Below, piece after piece: positions 27,349 to 33,760 of a stretch of 33,760 nt of DNA. Source of the stretch: Acidimicrobiia bacterium (lineage in GTDB: Bacteria > Actinomycetota > Acidimicrobiia > Spongiisociales > JAENVV01); the NCBI GenBank assembly GCA_041577335.1, contig JBFGJH010000036.1:1-33760 (forward strand). Direction: 5' to 3'. The translations under genes and the position numbers were made by a program. The notes beneath the pieces were generated by a model. It did not search any database. It was not told where the DNA came from and was given only the letters and a program-made list of their open reading frames with translations. Numbering within the stretch: position 1 is the first letter of the stretch; the number at the start of each line of letters is the position of its first letter.

Positions 27349-28335
27349 GTGACAGACATCGATACACCCCCGATCACCGCATCGGCCCGCGGCGGCGGTC
27401 GGGAATCTCGACGCAGCCGCACACCGTCGTCGCATCTCCTGCAGATCGACCATGTCACCAAACGCTACGGGAGCTCGACCGTGGTCGAGGACCTGTCGTT
27501 TCGCGTCGAGCCAGCCAGGGTGACAGGGTTCCTGGGCCCCAACGGGGCCGGGAAGTCGACAACCATGAAGATCCTCCTCGACCTGGCGGCTGCAGACCAG
27601 GGAACCGCAACGATCGGGGGCAGCCGGTACCGGGATTTAGCCGACCCGGTCCGGACGGTGGGTGTGTTGATCGAGGCCAACGCATTCCACCCGGGACGCA
27701 GCGGCCGGAACCACCTTCGCATTCTCGCCGACGCGGCGGGCATCCCGTTCGACCGGGTCGAGGAGCTGCTGGACGAGGTAGGGCTCGCCGAAGCCGCCGA
27801 CCGACGCGTCGGCGCGTACTCGCTTGGGATGCGGCAACGGCTCGGATTGGCGGCGGCGCTGCTCGGCGATCCACCGGTGCTCGTCCTCGACGAGCCCGCC
27901 AACGGACTGGACCCGCAAGGCATTCGCGAACTGCGGAAGCTGCTCCGATCACGATCGGCGAGCGGAGACACAGTCTTCGTCTCGAGTCACCTGCTCTCCG
28001 AGTTGGAACACCTCGCCGACGACGTGATCGTGATCAACCGTGGCAAGCTCGTCACGAGCGGGTCTCTGCAGGACCTGCAACAAGCGGCAACATTGGTGCG
28101 GACCGACTCGCCCGACGTACTCAGGACGACCCTCGAGTCCGTGGGCGGGGTCGTGGAGCCAACTACCGATGGTTTGGTGGTGCGTGGACTGCCGATCGAC
28201 GAGATAGGCGAGCGCGCTCATCACGCCGGTGTCATCCTCCACGAGCTATCGCCGCATGCGGGCTCGCTCGAAGAGCTGTTCTTGCATTGGACGAGCGACG
28301 GTTCGGTTGAGACAGACAGGGGGATGGCGTCATGA
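27349..28335 (+). CDS. ABC transporter ATP-binding protein (BcrA/ABC-2 exporter type)
   Basis: Walker A GPNGAGKST, signature YSLGMRQR, Walker B VLVLDEP, SSH switch; GGAGG RBS. Confidence 0.95.
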   Translation: MTDIDTPPITASARGGGRESRRSRTPSSHLLQIDHVTKRYGSSTVVEDLSFRVEPARVTGFLGPNGAGKSTTMKILLDLAAADQGTATIGGSRYRDLADPVRTVGVLIEANAFHPGRSGRNHLRILADAAGIPFDRVEELLDEVGLAEAADRRVGAYSLGMRQRLGLAAALLGDPPVLVLDEPANGLDPQGIRELRKLLRSRSASGDTVFVSSHLLSELEHLADDVIVINRGKLVTSGSLQDLQQAATLVRTDSPDVLRTTLESVGGVVEPTTDGLVVRGLPIDEIGERAHHAGVILHELSPHAGSLEELFLHWTSDGSVETDRGMAS

Positions 28336-29078
28336 CGTGGGCACGGCTCGTACGAGCAGAACTCCGCAAGCTGACCAGCACAAAGATGCCGTGGGCGTTT
28401 CTGACGGTCCTGGTGGCAATCGCAGCCATCAATGCGGTGGCGGTGGTCTTCGGAACCGACATGGACGGCAGCAAGACCTTCATTGCCACAGCCGATGATC
28501 AACGGTCGCTCATGGCATTCGCCGCCAACGCAATGATGATCGCGGGGCTATTCGGAGCCATCGCCGTCGCCCGCGAGTACGGGCATGGGACTGTCGTCCC
28601 GACCTTCCTGGTCGAACCCCGGCGCACACGGGCAGTCGGGGCCCAGTTCACCTCGGTCTCGCTTGGTGGCGCAGTGCTCGGATTCGTTGGCGCCGCGCTG
28701 ACCGTTGCGGCAGTGGCAATGGCGCTGCCCGCCACCGAGTACTCCTTCTTGGTCTCCACCGGAGGGGTAGCGCGAGTGATCACGGCTTCGGCTTTGGCGG
28801 GGGCGGCGGGAGCCCTGTTGGGCGCCGGGATTGGAGCGCTGGTCCGCAACGCCGGAGGGGCAGTTACGGGAGCTGTCATCGCTTTGATCGTTGCACCCCC
28901 TCTCATTGTCCAGCTAAACGCGAATGCCGCCTCGTGGATCCCGAACACGCTGAACACCGTCGTGTCAGGCGTCACCAGTGAGGTCGGAGTGGGCGCGGCG
29001 ATCGCCGCTCTCGCCGCCTGGGCCCTCGTTCCGGCGGTTGCCGGGTTGGTGGCCGTGCAGCGCCGTGATGTGGTGTGA
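28332..29078 (+). CDS. ABC-2 type transporter permease
   Basis: RAELRKL, REYGHGTVVPTFLVEPRR, six TM segments, C-terminal RRDV; ATGA overlap. Confidence 0.92.
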   Translation: MTWARLVRAELRKLTSTKMPWAFLTVLVAIAAINAVAVVFGTDMDGSKTFIATADDQRSLMAFAANAMMIAGLFGAIAVAREYGHGTVVPTFLVEPRRTRAVGAQFTSVSLGGAVLGFVGAALTVAAVAMALPATEYSFLVSTGGVARVITASALAGAAGALLGAGIGALVRNAGGAVTGAVIALIVAPPLIVQLNANAASWIPNTLNTVVSGVTSEVGVGAAIAALAAWALVPAVAGLVAVQRRDVV

Positions 29079-30226
29079 CGGCCACATCCGCGCCCGCAGT
29101 CGTAGCGAGTCGCAGCAGGGTGACCTGGATCGACAACCTGCGGATACTGTTGACGATCCTCGTGATCCTGCTCCATCTCTCGATCGGATATGGAGCGCCC
29201 GGCGACTGGTACTACAACGAAGAAGGCTCGGTCTCGACCCTCTCCGCGATCCTGCTGACCCTGTTCGTGGCTATCAACCAGGCCTTCTTCATGGGCTTCT
29301 TCTTCATGGTGTCCAGCTATTTCGGTCCGGCGTCTCTCCGCCGCAAAGGCGCCGGGCCCTACCTGCGAGATCGATTCCGCCGTCTGGGGATCCCGATCCT
29401 GGTGTACGCCCTGCTCGTCAACCCGATGCTCGTGGCGTACCTCAACGTTCAGGACCGTGGGGGCGCATGGTGGCCGGTGTTCCGTGCCGGATACCGCGAT
29501 TTCATTGCGGTGGGTCCGACGTGGTTCCTCGAGGCACTGCTGCTGTTCTCGGTGGGACTGGTGGTGTTCTGGCGGATCCGCCGTCCAAGACAGCCCGCTG
29601 TCGAGGCGACGGCACCTCCCGATCGACACATCGCACTCACGGTGGTAGGTCTGGCGCTCCTCAGCTTTCTGGTGCGCATCTGGCTGCCGGTTGGCTGGTG
29701 GCTGGAGCCGGTTCACTTCCAGCTCGCCCACTTTCCGCAGTACCTGGTGATGTTCGCGCTCGGCGTCGTCGCCCACCAGCGCGGGTGGTTTGATGCGATC
29801 ACCCAGGATCAGGGTTGGCTGTGGTTTCGTGTGGTTGTCGGCCTGATCGTGATCTTCCCGGTCCTCTTTGCGGCAGGCGGGGGGCTCGGCGGATCGGTCG
29901 ATGTGTTTCTGGGCGGACTGACATGGCAGCAACTGGCCTTCGCAACCTGGGAACAGGCCATGTGCTTGGCGATGGTGGTTGCGCTGGTGGTGTTCTTTCG
30001 CAGCCGGGTCACGCGTCAGGGACGGATCGGCGCAGCCATGTCGAGAGGCGCCTACTCCACCTACGTGTTCCACGCACCCGTCATCACTGTGCTGGCCGTC
30101 ATCTTGAGCCCTGTGCAGATCGATCTCGGCGTCAAATTCCTGCTCGTCGCTCCGATCGCCGTCGCAGCGTCCTTTGCAGTCGGGTTCGTGATGAAGCGGC
30201 TCCCCGTTGCCCGTGACATCCTGTAG
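29075..30226 (+). CDS. Acyltransferase family 3 membrane protein (MdoC/OpgC-like)
   Basis: WIDNLRILLTILVILLH, FFMGFFFMVSSYF, DRFRRLGIP, GPTWFLEALL, AYSTYVFH; GTGA overlap with the permease. Confidence 0.9.
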   Translation: MTATSAPAVVASRSRVTWIDNLRILLTILVILLHLSIGYGAPGDWYYNEEGSVSTLSAILLTLFVAINQAFFMGFFFMVSSYFGPASLRRKGAGPYLRDRFRRLGIPILVYALLVNPMLVAYLNVQDRGGAWWPVFRAGYRDFIAVGPTWFLEALLLFSVGLVVFWRIRRPRQPAVEATAPPDRHIALTVVGLALLSFLVRIWLPVGWWLEPVHFQLAHFPQYLVMFALGVVAHQRGWFDAITQDQGWLWFRVVVGLIVIFPVLFAAGGGLGGSVDVFLGGLTWQQLAFATWEQAMCLAMVVALVVFFRSRVTRQGRIGAAMSRGAYSTYVFHAPVITVLAVILSPVQIDLGVKFLLVAPIAVAASFAVGFVMKRLPVARDIL

Positions 30227-30349
30227 AGAGCGTCACCTCCCTGTCCATGTGTCGACCAATGGCCGCTGATCGAAATGGTGACCTTTGCCTCTGGCATGAC
30301 TCCGCCGATGATGGTCATGTTGACTCGCAGCAACGCGATGGGAGGAATC

Positions 30350-30556
30350 ATGTACCCGTTGCTCGGACCCAGCGTGGACAGCTGCCCACAATGTGGATGC
30401 GCCGATGTCGAACGCATGGGGCGGCACAGCGGCAATTACCGCTACATGTGTCTCGAGGGCCACATGTTCGAGGTTCCCAAAGCCCAGAGCGCGCTTGCCC
30501 GTTGGCGGGGGCGCGAAAGCCGCACGAAATCTGCAACATCACGAAACACGGACTGA
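30350..30556 (+). CDS. Small (68 aa) putative zinc-ribbon protein
   Basis: GGAGGA RBS before ATG 30350; CPQCG...YMCLEGH.FEV (CxxC...CxxxH). Confidence 0.6.
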   Translation: MYPLLGPSVDSCPQCGCADVERMGRHSGNYRYMCLEGHMFEVPKAQSALARWRGRESRTKSATSRNTD

Positions 30557-30621
30557 CGAGAAACAAGAAGCGCTCGGGGCTGCGCCGCAGCCCGGCGTCG
30601 CCGGTATAGGGGGGGGTCAGA

Positions 30622-31047
30622 ATGACGTTGCTAGAAAGGCGCGAAAGAAGCTCAGTACCCTCTCGCATGCAACTGACGGCGCTCCTCGCCCACGTGTTCG
30701 TGTCGTGGGCGTTGTGCACGGCCACCATGATGATCGGTCTGGCGGTGGCGTCGGAGGAGACGGCTCTGGTGGTGCACGCCATCGGCGCCCCTATCTTCTC
30801 CGGCGTCGTGTCATGGAATTACTACCGGCGGTTTTTCTACACGACACCGCTGCAGACGGCCACCGCATTCGTCTCATTCGTGATCGTCGTCGACTTCTTC
30901 CTGGTTGCGTTGGTCATCAACCAGAGCCTGGAAATGTTCGCCAGCCTGCTGGGGACCTGGATCCCATTTGTCCTCATCTTCGCTTCGGTGTACTTGGTCG
31001 GCGGATGGATGAAGCGGAGCTACGGAGGCGCTCCGCAGCGCGGATGA
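30622..31047 (+). CDS. Hypothetical membrane protein (about 4 TM)
   Basis: Hydrophobic segments with HVFVSWALC, HAIGAP, VDFFLVA and GTWIPF; the start may be ATG 30667. Confidence 0.75.
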   Translation: MTLLERRERSSVPSRMQLTALLAHVFVSWALCTATMMIGLAVASEETALVVHAIGAPIFSGVVSWNYYRRFFYTTPLQTATAFVSFVIVVDFFLVALVINQSLEMFASLLGTWIPFVLIFASVYLVGGWMKRSYGGAPQRG

Positions 31048-31051
31048 GATT

Positions 31052-31091
31052 CGAGCGGTTCACCACGACCGAGAAAACCGTGGGCCGCTCG
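31052..31091 (+). terminator. Hairpin immediately after the membrane-protein gene
   Basis: CGAGCGGTTCAC / GTGGGCCGCTCG, a 12-bp stem with two G-U pairs; no U-tract. Confidence 0.45.
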
Positions 31092-31460
31092 GGTTGGGAG
31101 CGAGAAACAAACATGGCAACGAGGGTCACCATCGCGATGTTGCCGACCCGACCACCGGCATTGAGTCGACCGTGCGCAGTCTGGTTTTCCTTTTCGCGCT
31201 ACGTATGTGGTCAATCGACGAGTTGGAGCAGCAGCTCGAACGGAATGCAACGCCACGATGTCGTGCGGTCCGGGCCATGAGCGCGCCGTCTGCCGGGTCC
31301 TTTCGCGAGTTCAACCATTGATCGGGAGGCGTCGCGTGCCGCTGTCCGAGTAGGGTCGATCGGGGAATGCTCGGGGGCCGAACTGGCCGCCCACCGGCGA
31401 GATCGCAGCCTCGGTCGAATCACGTGAGAAGACCAGGCTGCCCGGAGGAAGGAACCGACC

Positions 31461-32864
31461 GTGACTGACCGAATCCTCATCCGCAACGGGATCGTGCTCA
31501 CCCAGGACCCCCACCTCGGCGAGATGCCGAAGGCGGACGTGCTCATCGATGGAGACACGATCGCCGAGATCGGCTCCGGTCTTGCCGCCGGAGACGCCCG
31601 AATCATCGACGCATCCGGCGACATCGTCATTCCCGGCTTCATCGACACCCACCGGCACACCTGGGAGACGTGTATCCGGACCTGCGCCCCCGACTTCGCA
31701 CTCATCACCTACTTCAGCGCCATCCTCGACAAGTTCGCCCCCCACTACCGACCGGAGGACGTCCGCTCGGCCACACGATGGGGAGCGCTCGAGTGCATCA
31801 ATGCCGGTATCACAACGCTGGTGGACTGGGCGCACATCATGAACACGCCGGACCACGCAGACGCGTCCGTCGAGGCGCTGAGAGAGACCGGCATCCGATC
31901 GGTCTTCGCCTACGGCTTTCCCAACACCTCGCTGGTGGACTGGTGGTTCGGTCCCGACTATGCGGGCAGCGTCCTGACCTCCGACGGTGACGAGGCTCGG
32001 CGCCTACGGTCGCAATACTTCAGCTCGGATGACGGTCGGATCACCATGGGCCTTGCCACGCGGGGACCCGGCTTCTGCAAGCCCGAGGTCGTGCGTCATG
32101 ATTGGGAGCTGGCCAAGGAGCTCGGGATCAACATCACGGTGCACGTCGGTATGGATCGGTTCGGCTACACCAAAGGCCAGCTCACTGCACTGCGTGACAT
32201 GGACCTGCTCTACCCGGGCACCACCTACGTCCATGCGTCGCACCTCACCGACGAGGAGTGGCACCTTGTCAGCGATTCCGGGGGAAACGTCAGCCTCGCT
32301 CCTCAGATCGAGATCCAAATGGGCCACGGATGGGCGCCCGCTGCTACCGCAGAGAGGTACGGCGTGCCGGTTGGTCTCTCCTCGGACGTCGTGACCACGG
32401 CGCCGGCCGACCAGTTCACCCAGATGCGTGCGGTGTTCGGTTCCGAACGGGGGCTTGCCCACCAAGCGGCCTGGGACGACGACCTCGACGGCAACGAGGC
32501 CTCGCCTGGTCTCGTCACCTCGCGTCAAGCGTTGTCGTGGGCCACAATCGGCGGAGCCGAGGTAGCCGGTCTTGTCGAACGCACCGGGTCACTCACCCCC
32601 GGAAAGAAGGCGGACGTGGTGATCCTGGACGGGTCCGCCGTGAACATGGCTCCAATCATCGACCCGGTAGGAGCGGTCGTTTGTTCGGCAGATGTCTCCA
32701 ACGTCAAGACTGTCCTCGTCGATGGCGAGATCCTCAAGGAGGACTTCAAGCTCAAAGCCTCGCTCGATGGGCCCCGCGCGGCGGTCGAGGATTCGCGTGA
32801 CTATCTCCTGTCCATGTTCGGCGAACCCGAGCCTGGCTGGTTGTCGGCCTCCGCGTCTCCGTGA
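31461..32864 (+). CDS. Metal-dependent amidohydrolase (MTA/SAH deaminase / chlorohydrolase-like group)
   Basis: PGFIDTHRH, AGITTLVDW, TVHVG, YVH, GLSSD, ATIGGA, GSLTPGKKADVVI, VLVDG; GGAGGAAGG RBS. Confidence 0.92.
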   Translation: MTDRILIRNGIVLTQDPHLGEMPKADVLIDGDTIAEIGSGLAAGDARIIDASGDIVIPGFIDTHRHTWETCIRTCAPDFALITYFSAILDKFAPHYRPEDVRSATRWGALECINAGITTLVDWAHIMNTPDHADASVEALRETGIRSVFAYGFPNTSLVDWWFGPDYAGSVLTSDGDEARRLRSQYFSSDDGRITMGLATRGPGFCKPEVVRHDWELAKELGINITVHVGMDRFGYTKGQLTALRDMDLLYPGTTYVHASHLTDEEWHLVSDSGGNVSLAPQIEIQMGHGWAPAATAERYGVPVGLSSDVVTTAPADQFTQMRAVFGSERGLAHQAAWDDDLDGNEASPGLVTSRQALSWATIGGAEVAGLVERTGSLTPGKKADVVILDGSAVNMAPIIDPVGAVVCSADVSNVKTVLVDGEILKEDFKLKASLDGPRAAVEDSRDYLLSMFGEPEPGWLSASASP

Positions 32865-33071
32865 TATCGGACAAGTGGGACACGCCCTGCAGACCTCAGC
32901 CCGCTGACACAGGAGTTCACCCTCCCCTAGCAGGCGAACATCACCGGCCGTGGGGGGTGGGTAGGCAGTGCCCACCTTCCGGTCGCACCCGGAGCGATGA
33001 TTGAGTTCGTCCGCCGGCAGGCGGCACTTGCACTGGTGTATAAAGGACTAACAGACGATGGGAGAAAGATA

Positions 33072-33611
33072 ATGCGACGTCTCTTGACCACGTTGGCTGT
33101 GCTGAGCCTCGCGGCGACCCTCACGACCGGGGTAGCGGCCGCCGCAGGATTCGAACGCGGCGTGATCCTCAACGTCGACGGAGTGGACTACTACTTGGCT
33201 GGTGCGCCGGACGGACCGGGCGGTGCGATCGATATTCCGGGCCATTCGTGGGTGGTAGCAGGACCTGAACAGCTCGTCGGCAAGCACTACAACACCGGAC
33301 CTTTCGGCGCCCCGCAATGGTGGTCGTCTGATGCCCCCGACGGCGAGTTGCTCTACATGGTTCACGGGGTGATCGATTTGTGGTCGCCGGAGCTTGCCGA
33401 GGGCTACGCGGCTCGGGGCTACGTCCACTATCACGAACTGGTGTCTGTGGCTGACGGGATGCTCCACCCAACCAAGGTCGTGTGGCTTCGCCACCACGCC
33501 AGGACCAGCTTCACGCTGGACGGAGGTCCCCGCCCCGACCTGGCTCACGAAGTGACACCCGGAATCGACTTCGAGTTCATCAACAACTACTTCGTGCCAT
33601 ACGACGGCTGA
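33072..33611 (+). CDS. Secreted His-rich hypothetical protein
   Basis: GGGAGA RBS; signal peptide MRRLLTTLAVLSLAATLTTGVAAAA; motifs PGH.W, GKHYNTGP, GYVHYHELV, WLRHH. Confidence 0.8.
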   Translation: MRRLLTTLAVLSLAATLTTGVAAAAGFERGVILNVDGVDYYLAGAPDGPGGAIDIPGHSWVVAGPEQLVGKHYNTGPFGAPQWWSSDAPDGELLYMVHGVIDLWSPELAEGYAARGYVHYHELVSVADGMLHPTKVVWLRHHARTSFTLDGGPRPDLAHEVTPGIDFEFINNYFVPYDG

Positions 33612-33760
33612 CGATGGCCGTGGGCTGAAGCACACGAGAGGCGGGCTCCGGCCGGCCGACCGCAACGAACCAAACCACCTGGGGCGGCCACCGTGGGCAG
33701 TGGCCGACCCACTGTCTGACGAGCCTCGGTGAGTGCCGGACTATCGAAGCCATCCAGAAC

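Noticed and set aside
28499..30073. 524-aa minus-strand ORF (and similar long antisense ORFs at 647-1897, 7958-9097, 18417-19472, 26182-27108)
   Set aside because: Antisense shadows of well-supported genes, as expected in high-GC DNA.
33027..33051. CIRCE-like element upstream of the last gene
   Set aside because: Spacing and right arm do not fit TTAGCACTC-N9-GAGTGCTAA.
1..33760. tRNA, rRNA, riboswitch, transposase/integrase, phage or anti-phage defence genes
   Set aside because: None recognised by eye; a covariance-model scan of the larger intergenic gaps (13700-14000, 15200-15750, 31050-31460) would be needed to exclude structured RNAs.

Overview
GC-rich, gene-dense bacterial window of actinobacterial character (F420-type DDN oxidoreductases, DUF4242, HD/LuxR-like and HxlR-SCP2 regulators, several apparently leaderless genes); Acidimicrobiia-like is an impression, not established. 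It opens with a tightly coupled four-gene surface operon (1-6549): GtrA-type membrane domain (5'-truncated), a large secreted FN3-FN3-purple-acid-phosphatase with Pro/Thr linker and beta-sandwich tail, a GT-C (ArnT/PMT_2-like) glycosyltransferase, and a C-terminally anchored phosphoesterase. This is the best candidate for an undescribed system. A mosaic accessory region follows: broken lipoprotein gene, DDN-methyltransferase fusion, OsmC divergent from a cupin-LuxR chimera, lysA-like stub, alpha/beta hydrolase, SnoaL proteins, PRC-barrel and second DDN, an atypical MltG, an Hsp20-HtrA-helical protein-mini-DnaJ cluster, HTH-VanZ operon, DUF4242/HxlR pair, arsR-acr3 relics, ABC exporter plus acyltransferase-3, a 68-aa zinc-ribbon-like protein, an amidohydrolase and a His-rich secreted protein. 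No rRNA, tRNA, CRISPR array or transposase was recognised. All family calls come from motif recognition by eye; no searches were run.
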